Positions 33,969 through 43,133 of a DNA stretch of 64,000 bases are shown here, in pieces (within the stretch, counting starts at the first letter, position 1; every line of letters starts with the position of its first letter). The stretch is from NCBI GenBank assembly GCA_043803405.1, contig JAZDKB010000018.1, forward strand, positions 1 to 64,000, given 5' to 3'. Source of the stretch: Spirochaetota bacterium (GTDB lineage: Bacteria; Spirochaetota; UBA4802; JAFGDQ01). Under the pieces are notes generated by a model. It did not search any database and was not told the origin of the DNA. It worked only from the letters and a program-made list of their open reading frames with translations. A program made the translations under genes and the position numbers.

Positions 33969-34844
33969 ATGAGACTCAGCGACGAAGCAAGGGTGGGGCT
34001 CTTGATCACTGTAAGTTTTACGATATTTATCGTTCTTGTGGGTGTGCTTGCGAAAATAAACGTATCGCAATCCGGATACAAGCTGAAGATACATTTCGGT
34101 TTTCTGAACGATTTAAGAAAGGGCGCGCCTGTTAAGATCGGGGGCGGAATTAAGATAGGCCAGGTTGAGTCCATAACCCAGGGCGGCGAAAAAACCGAGG
34201 TGGAGGTCTGGATAGATAATAAATATAAACTTATTAAGGCATCCCAGTTCGCTATTTTCACGACAGGATTAATTGGAGAAAAGTATATAAATGTTTTTGT
34301 ACCGCCGTCCGCCGATGTCGGTAAATTTTATCTGGACGGAGATATGGTTTACGGCATTGATCCTGCTAGTTTTGACCAGATGATGCTTACGTTTCAGAGT
34401 TTTTTCCAGGAAAAGAAGGGGGGGCAGGTCCTTGCAGAGATATTCCAGAACTCGAACAAATTTGTTGCTAATTTGAATAATCTTGTGGATGAAAACAGGT
34501 ATGATATAAAAAAGTCCGTGCTTCTTATAAAGACAATGATGTCAACCCTGAATGAGGACACAAAAAATTTTATGGAGCAGCTTAATATCCTTACAAAGAA
34601 TTTATCCCAGCTTTCGGAAAGGAACAAGGAAGATATTTCCATTACTTTGCGCAATATATCCGAAACAACCAGCAGCCTGAACAAAATCATTTACAGAATA
34701 GACAGCGGGCGCGGTACTCTTGGGAAACTCCTTGCAGATGAGGAAATATACAATAACCTAAAAGACGCGTCTTTAAGCGCCAAGCATCTTTTCCGTTCGC
34801 TGGATCAGGACCCGTCCAAACTGCTGTTCAGTCCGAAAAAGTAA
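33969..34844 (+). CDS. MCE/MlaD family protein
   Basis: E.RVGL TM, L..GAPVK.GGIKIGQV, GLIGEKYI, coiled coil and GTLGKLL.D. Confidence 0.92.
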   Translation: MRLSDEARVGLLITVSFTIFIVLVGVLAKINVSQSGYKLKIHFGFLNDLRKGAPVKIGGGIKIGQVESITQGGEKTEVEVWIDNKYKLIKASQFAIFTTGLIGEKYINVFVPPSADVGKFYLDGDMVYGIDPASFDQMMLTFQSFFQEKKGGQVLAEIFQNSNKFVANLNNLVDENRYDIKKSVLLIKTMMSTLNEDTKNFMEQLNILTKNLSQLSERNKEDISITLRNISETTSSLNKIIYRIDSGRGTLGKLLADEEIYNNLKDASLSAKHLFRSLDQDPSKLLFSPKK

Positions 34845-34846
34845 TC

Positions 34847-36175
34847 ATGTCCAAAAAGAAAAATATATTTATGTGTATTTCGTGCGGCTCTGCGCATGCC
34901 AAATGGCTTGGCAGATGCCCGGAGTGCGGTGAATGGAATTCGATTGTTGAAACCGAATCCGCCGCGCCTGCGCGTGCAGGGAGAGAAAACAGGGTAGTTC
35001 CGTTATCTGACATTAAAACGGATGAATTGAAAAGAGTGAATACAGGCATTGAAGAGTTTGACCTGGTTTGCGGTGGCGGAATTGTGCCAGGATCAGTGAT
35101 ACTCATAAGCGGCGAGCCCGGGATAGGCAAGTCCACGCTCGCGCTTCAGATCGCGAGCACTTTTAAAACGTTATATGTTTCGGGCGAGGAGTCTGCCGTG
35201 CAGCTGCGGCACAGGGCGATAAGGCTTGGACTTGGAGCGGAAAACATACTTGTGCTGCAGAACGCCTGCGCAGAGGAAATTGTGAAAGCCGCGGGTCTGG
35301 AAAAATTCGGCTGCATTATCGCGGATTCGGTGCAGACGCTCTATACTTCCGGAATGCCAGGCTCGGCAGGATCAATTACGCAGATAAGGGAATCATCAGC
35401 GCGCCTTATAGAGCTTGCGAAAACAACGGGCATCCCCGTTATACTTATAGGCCACATAACTAAAGAAGGCAGCATTGCAGGGCCGAAAATACTGGAGCAT
35501 CTTGTTGACACTGTTCTTTATTTTGAGGGCGATTTTTCAAAAGAATTCCGAATGATACGCGCGTTAAAGAACAGGTTCGGTTCAGTGAATGAGATCGGCC
35601 TGTTCAGGATGACGGACGCAGGCCTTGCAGAGGTTAAGGATAAGAACAGCGTTTTTTTAAACTCGTTCAGCTCCAGCGCGCCTGGCAGCGCTATTTCCGC
35701 GGCTATTGAAGGATCGAGGACAATGCTTTTTGAGGTGCAGTCGCTGGTAGCGTTCACGAACTTTTCCAACCCGCGGCGCATGTCGGACGGATTCGACATA
35801 AACAGGCTTATACTATTGGCAGCTGTTCTTGAAAAGCACGGTTTTATGAAGCTTAACAGTTACGATGTCTTTATTAACCTTGCTGGCGGGTTCCAGGTAA
35901 ACGAAACCTGTGCGGACATGGCTGTTGCGATCGCGATAGTGTCCAGCCTTAAGGATAAGCCTGTGCCGCGCGATACAGGCTTTCTGGGAGAAATATCCCT
36001 GTCCGGAGAGATACGTCCTGTGTCGCAATGCGCAAGAAGGGCGCAGGAGTTCGCGAGATCGGGTTTCAAAAGAATAGTAGTGCCGGAAAATGACGCGTCC
36101 GAAGCAAAAAAGGCATTTAACCGCGAGATTGTTGCAGTAAAAACCATCTACGAAGCAATTGACCGCGTATTTTGA
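34847..36175 (+). CDS. radA: DNA repair protein RadA/Sms
   Basis: C4 zinc finger, GEPGIGKST and KNRFG motifs. Confidence 0.97.
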   Translation: MSKKKNIFMCISCGSAHAKWLGRCPECGEWNSIVETESAAPARAGRENRVVPLSDIKTDELKRVNTGIEEFDLVCGGGIVPGSVILISGEPGIGKSTLALQIASTFKTLYVSGEESAVQLRHRAIRLGLGAENILVLQNACAEEIVKAAGLEKFGCIIADSVQTLYTSGMPGSAGSITQIRESSARLIELAKTTGIPVILIGHITKEGSIAGPKILEHLVDTVLYFEGDFSKEFRMIRALKNRFGSVNEIGLFRMTDAGLAEVKDKNSVFLNSFSSSAPGSAISAAIEGSRTMLFEVQSLVAFTNFSNPRRMSDGFDINRLILLAAVLEKHGFMKLNSYDVFINLAGGFQVNETCADMAVAIAIVSSLKDKPVPRDTGFLGEISLSGEIRPVSQCARRAQEFARSGFKRIVVPENDASEAKKAFNREIVAVKTIYEAIDRVF

Positions 36176-36181
36176 TTAGTA

Positions 36182-36302
36182 ATCTGAACCATGATTTGCA
36201 TGATTAAAGGATTAGCATGATTGGCGTGTTTTTATGCAGTGCGTTGTTTGCTGATAAACTATGTTCTGGGAAAAAAGCGTTGTTAGCGGAAATCCCCGGC
36301 AA
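36182..36302 (+). repeat. Repeat family C (GxxExxY-associated), degenerate copy
   Basis: tctgaaccatgatttgcatgattaaaggattagcatgat...ttgtttgctg matches 47069 and 47627. Confidence 0.8.
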
Positions 36303-36309
36303 AATTTAT

Positions 36310-36545
36310 TCACACAAACGGGTTTTCAATTTTCACTCCGTCAACAACCTGGCCGTTCGCAAGGTCTTCAGTAAGCAATTTTTTTGCGCCGCTTTGAATT
36401 ACGGTCTGAATTATCCAATCTGAGTTTTTGCTTCCGCCATATTCAGTGGTTTGTTAATCTTTCAGGAAAATTTTATTGTCTTTCATGAAGTTCTTCTCTA
36501 GAAATCCCGATATGACCCCGCGTGCCGAAGTCATAGCCCTTTTTT
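36310..36545 (-). pseudogene. Decayed vapBC toxin-antitoxin remnant
   Basis: Minus-strand fragments: antitoxin C-terminus KGYDFGTRGHIGISREELHERQ*, overlapping MKDNKIFL, then KINKPLNMAEAK, then PIN C-terminus SGAKKLLTEDLANGQVVDGVKIENPFV*. Confidence 0.75.
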
Positions 36546-36604
36546 TCCTTAACGGATATGATGAAAATCTCTGTAAAATTCTCTAAATAATTAATTTTTT
36601 TTGA

Positions 36605-36629
36605 GGAATTTATTGGGATTTTTCCTACT
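36605..36629 (+). promoter_or_regulatory. Putative ECF-sigma promoter GGAAT-N15-CTACT
   Basis: Same motif and spacing at 40868-40892, upstream of the ECF sigma gene. Confidence 0.6.
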
Positions 36630-36679
36630 TAAGAAACAGGAAAAGTAAAATTACTTAAAATGTCAAATCAGGAGGATAT

Positions 36680-37561
36680 ATGAAAATTCGATTAATAATA
36701 TTGTTCAGTTCTATTGCTGTGATAATTGCATTTGCAGAATGCGGCGGTGGCGGCGGGGGAGACGATGGCGGAGGCGGAACAAACATCAACGTCACCTTTC
36801 TCGGCGTAACGCAAAGTGGCGGAACTTCAGGCACAGCAGATTCAACAGGATTGGTGCTTACATTTGACGCTGACCCGGCAACCATGACTGCGGATAATAT
36901 TGGTTTAACCGGAGCAGTAAAGGAAGGTATTCTATCAGGTACTGGAACAACAAGAACTCTTGCAATTTCGAACATCGGCGTTGCCAATGAAGAGACGGTA
37001 ACAGTAAGTATTACAAGTCCTGATGGATACACGATCACAGGTACGCCGCAGACTGCGGTAGTGTATAGATTACTCGCTATTGGTATGGATTATCTTGGAG
37101 GAAAAATAGCCTATATTCTACAATCCGGCGATCCGGGTTATGACGCCGGTGTACCACACGGGCTTATCGCAGCTACAGCAGATCAGAGTACGGGGATAGT
37201 ATGGGCATTGCCTGCATATCAGTCAACTTCAGTGCTGGGCGGGACAGGAACCGCACTCGGAACCGGCTCGGCAAATACTGACAAGATCATTGCACAGAAC
37301 GGAGTAGGAAGCACCTACGCCGCAGGGTTGGCGCGATCTTATAACGGTGGTGGCTACACTGATTGGTATCTGCCATCAAAAGATGAATTGAACAAACTAT
37401 ACCTTAATAGAGTAGCCATTGGTGGGTTCACTGATATCTACTATTGGAATTCGTCTGAGTCCCTTGCTAGCTACGCGTGGTTCCAGGATTTCTCCGATGG
37501 CACTCATAACGACAACCTAAAGCTCAATCCCGTCTATGTGCGTGCTGTCCGGTCTTTTTAA
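36680..37561 (+). CDS. Lipoprotein: Ig-like domain + DUF1566/C-lectin-like C-terminus (DGR target-like)
   Basis: Lipobox Cys followed by poly-Gly; DWYLPS.DEL and YYW.SSE...AW...F..G......K....VRAVRSF. Confidence 0.85.
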   Translation: MKIRLIILFSSIAVIIAFAECGGGGGGDDGGGGTNINVTFLGVTQSGGTSGTADSTGLVLTFDADPATMTADNIGLTGAVKEGILSGTGTTRTLAISNIGVANEETVTVSITSPDGYTITGTPQTAVVYRLLAIGMDYLGGKIAYILQSGDPGYDAGVPHGLIAATADQSTGIVWALPAYQSTSVLGGTGTALGTGSANTDKIIAQNGVGSTYAAGLARSYNGGGYTDWYLPSKDELNKLYLNRVAIGGFTDIYYWNSSESLASYAWFQDFSDGTHNDNLKLNPVYVRAVRSF

Positions 37562-37685
37562 AACTATTGGGATGAACTGAATCATTATAGCTCAGTAGTT
37601 ATTTTAAAATTTTATTTAGAAAGGAACGTATCGATGAGAATTATCTTAACGAAATTAATCATCAGTATTTTGGCAGCAATATTGT
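37544..37685 (+). repeat. ~140-bp direct repeat (gene 3' end + 72-bp spacer + next signal peptide), copy 1
   Basis: Nearly identical to 38726-38867. Confidence 0.93.
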
Positions 37686-38743
37686 TTAGCAGTTTCTTTG
37701 CATGCGGCGGCGGCGGGGGTGATTCAGAGAGCAGCGATAAAGCCATTACTGCTTTCGCGATTACAAGTCCGGCGGCAACCGGCTCTATTGATGAAAACGC
37801 GAAGACTATAGCCGTTACTGTTCCCTATGTGCCTTCGGTCACTGATTTGGTCGCGACATTTACCACTACCGGATCAAGCGTACAGGTGGGTTTAACGATA
37901 CAGGTAAGCGGCGCGACTGCCAATGATTTTACTTATCCGGTAGTCTATACTATAACCGCCGAGGATAATTCAACTGCGAACTATACAGTGACTGTGACTG
38001 TTGAATGTACTGTAATCTATAATGGGAATGGAAATACAAATGGAACAGTGCCAATTGCAAGCGCAGGCTATAACCAGGGCTCAACCGTAACCGTAGCACT
38101 CAACACCGGAAATCTTTTAAAGATAAATACCGGCGGGGTTTCATATAAATTCGACGGCTGGAATACGCAAGCAGATGGAAGCGGAACCGATTATGCTGCG
38201 GGCTCGGGAACGTTTATTATAAACGCAAATATTACATTATATGTGAAGTGGACTCCTTTTGCATTAAGAGATGTTGGCCCCGCAGGCGGACTGATATTCT
38301 ATGATAAAGGCAGTTATTCCGACAGCTGGCGGTATATGGAAGCTGCTCCAGGCGATCAACAATCTAAAAATTGGGGAACTTATGATTATACAGTACCAGG
38401 CGCTGACGGAACAGCAATCGGGACAGGGAAACAGAATACGCTTGATATCATTGCCGGAGACGCAGCAGCCGACAAAGCTGCAGATGAATGCGCTAATTAC
38501 AGTATCGTAAACAGCGGCGTTACCTTTGACGACTGGTTTCTCCCATCGTATGACGAAGTCGATCAGATGTATTTGAACTTAAAATCTCAAGGGATCGGTG
38601 GTTTCGATGCCGGTCAATATTACTGGAGTTCTTCGGAGTATGGTGTCATAAGTGCATGGGTAAAGTGGTTTGGCAATGGTGCCCCTGCGCATTGCACTAA
38701 GGCCGGCCCGGCTTGTTGTGTTCGCGCTGTCCGGTCGTTTTAA
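37634..38743 (+). CDS. Lipoprotein: Ig-like domain + InlB-B/Flg_new-like repeat + DUF1566-like C-terminus
   Basis: Lipobox FACGGG; KAITAF..T.P..TGSIDE; Y.GNG.T.G.VP and F.GWNTQADGSGT.Y; ends VRAVRSF. Confidence 0.85.
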   Translation: MRIILTKLIISILAAILFSSFFACGGGGGDSESSDKAITAFAITSPAATGSIDENAKTIAVTVPYVPSVTDLVATFTTTGSSVQVGLTIQVSGATANDFTYPVVYTITAEDNSTANYTVTVTVECTVIYNGNGNTNGTVPIASAGYNQGSTVTVALNTGNLLKINTGGVSYKFDGWNTQADGSGTDYAAGSGTFIINANITLYVKWTPFALRDVGPAGGLIFYDKGSYSDSWRYMEAAPGDQQSKNWGTYDYTVPGADGTAIGTGKQNTLDIIAGDAAADKAADECANYSIVNSGVTFDDWFLPSYDEVDQMYLNLKSQGIGGFDAGQYYWSSSEYGVISAWVKWFGNGAPAHCTKAGPACCVRAVRSF

Positions 38744-38867
38744 AACTATTGGGATGAACTGAATCATTATAGCTCAGTAGTTATTTTAAAATTTTATTTA
38801 GAAAGGAGCGTATCAATGAGAATTAACTTAACGAAATTAATCATCAGTATTTTAGCAGCAATATTGC
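38726..38867 (+). repeat. ~140-bp direct repeat, copy 2
   Basis: Nearly identical to 37544-37685. Confidence 0.93.
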
Positions 38868-40006
38868 TCGGAAGCTTTTTTGCCTGCGGAGGCGGGGATG
38901 ACGACGGCGGCACTGGAGGCGTAACAAACATCAACGTCACCTTTCTCAGCGCAACTCAGACAGGCGGTACTTCGGGCACAGCAGATTCAACAGGCCTTGT
39001 TTTAGAGTTTGACGCTGACCCGGCAACCATGACTGCGGATAATATTGGCTTAACCGGGGCTGTAAAGGAAGGTATTCTGTCTGGCAGCGGAACAATGAGA
39101 AGTCTTGCGATTTCAAATATCGGCGTTGCCAATGGAGCAACAGTAACAGTAACTATTACAAGTCCTGACGGATACACGATCACCGGCTCTCCGCAGACAG
39201 CGGTGATATACAGAGCGCCTGTTAACGTCACTTTTCTCAGCGCGACACAGACCGGCGGAACATCGGGTACAGCAGAATCAACCGGCCTGACGCTGGCCTT
39301 TGACGCTGACCCGGCAACTTTGACTGCGGATAATATCACTGTCAACGGGGCTGCAAAAGGAGCCCTGACCGGCACAGGAACCACGAGAAGTCTTGCGATT
39401 TCCGATATTAACGTTACCAATGAAGGGACTGTGATGATTACCATTACAAGTCCCTCCGGATATTCAATTACAGGCACACCAAAGACCGCGCTGGTGTACA
39501 GATTTACAGCTGCCAATATGACCATAGGCATGGACTACCGCGGAGGGAAGCTGGCATATATTCTTCAGGCCGGCGATCCCGGGTATGACGTAAATGTGCC
39601 GCATGGACTCATAGCGGCAGCAACTGACCAGAGTGGAGGAATCAACTGGGCTTTAGCAGCATATCAATCAACATCAGTGCCGGGCGGAACGGGCTGGACC
39701 CTCGGGACTGGTTCGGCAAATACGAATAACATTATAGCGCAAAACGGTGAAGGGAGTGCTTACGCAGCAGGTCTTGCCCGCGCATATAATGGCGGCGGCT
39801 ATTCAGATTGGTATCTGCCGTCGGCTGATGAGCTGAATATGCTATACCTTAACAGGGGACTTATCGGCGGTTTCAACAGTAGTTACTATTGGAGTTCGTC
39901 AGAGTACTTTGCTGACGGAGCGCGAATCCAGTATTTCGGCGATGGCACCCAGCTCGGCGGCAATAAGAATAATTACTGGCAAGTCCGGGCTGCCCGGTCC
40001 TTTTAA
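38816..40006 (+). CDS. Lipoprotein: two tandem Ig-like domains + DUF1566-like C-terminus
   Basis: Two NVTFLSATQTGGTSGTA repeats; C-terminus paralogous to 36680-37561; ends VRAARSF. Confidence 0.85.
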   Translation: MRINLTKLIISILAAILLGSFFACGGGDDDGGTGGVTNINVTFLSATQTGGTSGTADSTGLVLEFDADPATMTADNIGLTGAVKEGILSGSGTMRSLAISNIGVANGATVTVTITSPDGYTITGSPQTAVIYRAPVNVTFLSATQTGGTSGTAESTGLTLAFDADPATLTADNITVNGAAKGALTGTGTTRSLAISDINVTNEGTVMITITSPSGYSITGTPKTALVYRFTAANMTIGMDYRGGKLAYILQAGDPGYDVNVPHGLIAAATDQSGGINWALAAYQSTSVPGGTGWTLGTGSANTNNIIAQNGEGSAYAAGLARAYNGGGYSDWYLPSADELNMLYLNRGLIGGFNSSYYWSSSEYFADGARIQYFGDGTQLGGNKNNYWQVRAARSF

Positions 40007-40239
40007 GAATGATCGTGAGGTATCCATGTAAAGACGTATCATACCGCGCTTTTCGAGTCAGCAGGTTTAATGGCAATGGTGACCTGCCGGCTTCAAAGCT
40101 AATAGCTCCGTTGCCTAAAGCTGCAGCCTTCGGATTCCAGGGTTATATGTCCGCAAGCTGAGCTATTAGTTTCACTTTTCAGGTTAAAAGCTCCAAATTT
40201 AAAGCTAATAGCTCCGGTTTCAAAGGTAAATACTTTCTT

Positions 40240-40550
40240 TCAGGCATTTTTAGCTTCGCCGTCTTCAGTTTTGCCGGTTTCATCCTGAGATTTTTTAAAC
40301 CTCGCAGAGAGATCATTGTAAATGGCCTCAGCCTTAGGCATGTTTGAGTCCTTGGCGTTTTTAACTGCATTGTAAAAAGACCTTGCCTCTTTGTACGCGT
40401 CCGCACCCGCGAGATGCCTGGTATCGGTGACACCCATAAGAAGCTGCTCAAGCGGTTTCTCGAATCCGCGTAAAAGTTCAACAGCATTCATGTCCCTTGT
40501 GAACTCAGCAGCATCAAGATACTTCGGAGCGAGCTCAGGGTTCTTCTTAC
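40240..40550 (-). pseudogene. Probably 5'-truncated hypothetical gene
   Basis: Protein-like frame KKNPELAPKYLDAAEFTRDM...AGADAYKEARSFYNAVK extends upstream of the ATG to an in-frame TGA with no start codon. Confidence 0.55.
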
Positions 40551-40867
40551 CTCATAAATTATTGATCTTGATTTTACCTGCGGGTAAACGCGTCCGTAAT
40601 GTCCGCGCCTAAGGGGGCTCAAAAACCTGATTCGGAAAAATCGCCCAGCTTAACATATTTTATTTTTACGGCACAAGCATAATATTTTAAAAAGGATAAT
40701 TCTTTTTTATTGCCGGTACATAAGTATAACTTGTATCAACGGAACAGGAAATTACTCTCCGCAAAAAATTCGTTTCTGTGTGTTATTATATACTTGATAA
40801 AATGAGTCGAATTTTATATGAAGGGAGAGGTTATTTTTGCTAAATTATATTATTTTAAAATTTTTGG

Positions 40868-40892
40868 GGAATTTTTCCCAGTTTTTTCTACT
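40868..40892 (+). promoter_or_regulatory. Putative autoregulated ECF promoter GGAAT-N15-CTACT
   Basis: Matches 36605-36629; ends 28 nt upstream of the likely sigma start codon. Confidence 0.6.
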
Positions 40893-40920
40893 ATACATTC
40901 GTAAAGCAAAGGTGCTTACA

Positions 40921-41457
40921 TTGAGACTTTCAGATCCAAAGGTTGAAAATTTTGACAGGATTTATAATTCGTTTTACTCGCTGGTGTTCAGCATTATTTT
41001 TTCAAAGGTAAACAACTATCACGATGCTGAAGATATTTGCCAGGAGGTTTTTCTCAGGTTTTACAACAAGCTTGACGAGATAGAAAATCCGAGGAAATGG
41101 CTTTTAGGATGTCTGCGCATCGTTGTGCTGGATTTTTACAAACAGAAGAACAGGAAAGACGAAGATATTGACGTGCTTTTTAACGATATAAGCATGGGCT
41201 ATGTGAACGGCTTCAGAGAAGCGCGTGTAGTAATTTCTCAGATAATTGAGGAAGTGAGTGATGAGAGCGACAAAGAGGACGGTTCCGATGCTTCGATATT
41301 CAACCTTATAGCTATTTACAGATACAGTATAGTCGAAGCGAGCAGGCATTTAAAATTGAATTACAAACAGACAAGGTACAGGTATAACAGAATATGTGAA
41401 AAGATAATGTCCCGTCTGCGCGAAAGAGGGATAAAGGAACTGGGAGACCTGCTATGA
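40921..41457 (+). CDS. ECF (sigma-70 group 4) sigma factor; likely TTG start at 40921
   Basis: DAEDICQEVFLRF and RKWL region-2 motifs, C-terminal HTH-like segment; AAGGTG RBS. Confidence 0.9.
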   Translation: MRLSDPKVENFDRIYNSFYSLVFSIIFSKVNNYHDAEDICQEVFLRFYNKLDEIENPRKWLLGCLRIVVLDFYKQKNRKDEDIDVLFNDISMGYVNGFREARVVISQIIEEVSDESDKEDGSDASIFNLIAIYRYSIVEASRHLKLNYKQTRYRYNRICEKIMSRLRERGIKELGDLL

Positions 41458-42608
41458 AAGAATCTAAAAGATTAGGACAAATACTCGCAAAATATAAACT
41501 GACGTCCCCTGTTCCGTTTTTCAAAAGAAGAAAAATACTTAAATCGAAAAGGAAGATATTGGTAAAAATTTTAAAATCCGTAAGATATGATTCCGCGTTT
41601 GTGTCTGCCGCAGTGTATTTAAGCGACCTGTTCAACAGATTAGGTTTCAGATTAAGCCTTGCAGGCGGGGCAAGGGTCTTTGCCGGAGCTGCGGTTTTTT
41701 CGCTGTTCATTATTTTCTCGTCATCGCTGGCTCTTGTTTACAATTACGGCAGAGTGTCGCAGTTCATAATCGCGCTGACCGGCATAGGGGTGCAGGAATA
41801 CCGGAAAGGCTATGTTTTGGCAGCAAGAGGCGAACTGAAAATTATACGGGACGACAAAGAGCTTCCGGCTTTAAAAGCGAAAGACAGGCTGATCACAAGA
41901 GATGAGATTGTTACAGGCGCGGACGGGACAATAGTATTTCAACTGGAAAAGAAAACGCTGGTGCGGGTGATACCGGAAACCACGGTTAATGTTGAAATCG
42001 ATTTAAAAGTAAAGTCAATAGTCCTGCGCCAGGGCACTGTTCTTTGCAATGTTCAGGATATGGCAAAGGATGAGAAATTCAATGTAACAACGTTAAACGC
42101 AAGGGTTTTTGTTACAGGAACGCAGTTCAGCGTAACATACGAAAATAGGCAAACAACAATCACTGTAATTAAAGGGGCTGTACAGGCAGTCAATTTAATG
42201 ACTAATGAAACAATTCAGGTTGATGCAGGAAAGACTGCAGTGATTGCCGGAGAGGTGATCAATTTGAAAGACGCGGAAGAAGCGGAAAGAATTATCCTCC
42301 AAAAATTCGGCAAACTGGAATACATGAACAATGTTATTGATAAGAGCGATAAAGAAATGAATGACTTTGCTGAGGCGGTTTTAGCAACGGATAGGGAAAG
42401 TGAAGAACAAAAAGAAGATGAAATTAAAATAAGAACACTGGAAGATATTAAGCGTAAATACGGGAAGCTTGAAGAGGTACAGCTTTATAACGGACAAAGA
42501 TATACAGGGGCGATTATTTCCAGAGGCGGAATTTATTCTTTTATTACTGTAAAAGGCATTAAAAAGATTCCGGCAAAAGACGTGAAGAATGTGAGGATAA
42601 TAAAGTAG
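41454..42608 (+). CDS. FecR-domain transmembrane anti-sigma factor
   Basis: ATGA overlap with the sigma gene, one TM, D.IVTG.DG and V.T.NA.V.VTGTQF.V FecR motifs. Confidence 0.88.
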   Translation: MKESKRLGQILAKYKLTSPVPFFKRRKILKSKRKILVKILKSVRYDSAFVSAAVYLSDLFNRLGFRLSLAGGARVFAGAAVFSLFIIFSSSLALVYNYGRVSQFIIALTGIGVQEYRKGYVLAARGELKIIRDDKELPALKAKDRLITRDEIVTGADGTIVFQLEKKTLVRVIPETTVNVEIDLKVKSIVLRQGTVLCNVQDMAKDEKFNVTTLNARVFVTGTQFSVTYENRQTTITVIKGAVQAVNLMTNETIQVDAGKTAVIAGEVINLKDAEEAERIILQKFGKLEYMNNVIDKSDKEMNDFAEAVLATDRESEEQKEDEIKIRTLEDIKRKYGKLEEVQLYNGQRYTGAIISRGGIYSFITVKGIKKIPAKDVKNVRIIK

Positions 42609-42707
42609 ACGCTCTTTAAAGGGAAAGCAACCTATACTGCTAAGATTGTTCCCCCTGTTAAGAGGGAAAGCCGGCCGCAGGTCGGAAGGGGGTTTCGGAG
42701 GCAAAAC

Positions 42708-43091
42708 ATGAAACTAAATTTAAAACGAATAATTATTATCAGCCTGATACTGGCTGTGCTTTTTCTCTTGGCCGGTTTATTTCTATTGTTATTCAGCAGC
42801 ACAAACGAAAATAAAACCGCAATCACTAAGCAGCCTGCTGATACTATAAGTATAGCAGGGAAAAAGAATACTCCGAAACAATCCCTGGAGGAAACTTATA
42901 AAAACGTTAAGTTTAATTCCAACGAGGAAATAAAAAGGGAATTCGGCAGGGTTGAGATCGTTACTCTTTTCAGCGGTAAAGAGTACGCAGGCTTTGTGCT
43001 TACAGTTGACGATTTTTACAGAATGGTGACTGTAGGCGGATATAAAAAAATACCGATGAAAGATGTAAAATGCAGGACAATACTGGAATAA
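42708..43091 (+). CDS. Small membrane-anchored protein carrying the locus-shared C-terminal domain
   Basis: EEIKREFGRVEIVTLFSGKEYAG matches the C-termini of the flanking FecR proteins. Confidence 0.8.
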   Translation: MKLNLKRIIIISLILAVLFLLAGLFLLLFSSTNENKTAITKQPADTISIAGKKNTPKQSLEETYKNVKFNSNEEIKREFGRVEIVTLFSGKEYAGFVLTVDDFYRMVTVGGYKKIPMKDVKCRTILE

Positions 43092-43133
43092 TTTTAAAAG
43101 GCATAGATGAAAGATGAATAAAGGAGAAATATT

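Noticed and set aside
36741..36778. GGC repeats as phase-variable SSRs
   Set aside because: In-frame, mixed-codon poly-Gly linker after the lipobox Cys; slippage would not shift the frame.
37544..38867. CRISPR-like array
   Set aside because: Only two long repeats separated by a whole gene; no short regularly spaced repeats and no cas genes.
38956..39531. 191-aa minus-strand ORF with an internal repeat
   Set aside because: Mirror of the duplicated Ig-like domains on the plus strand.
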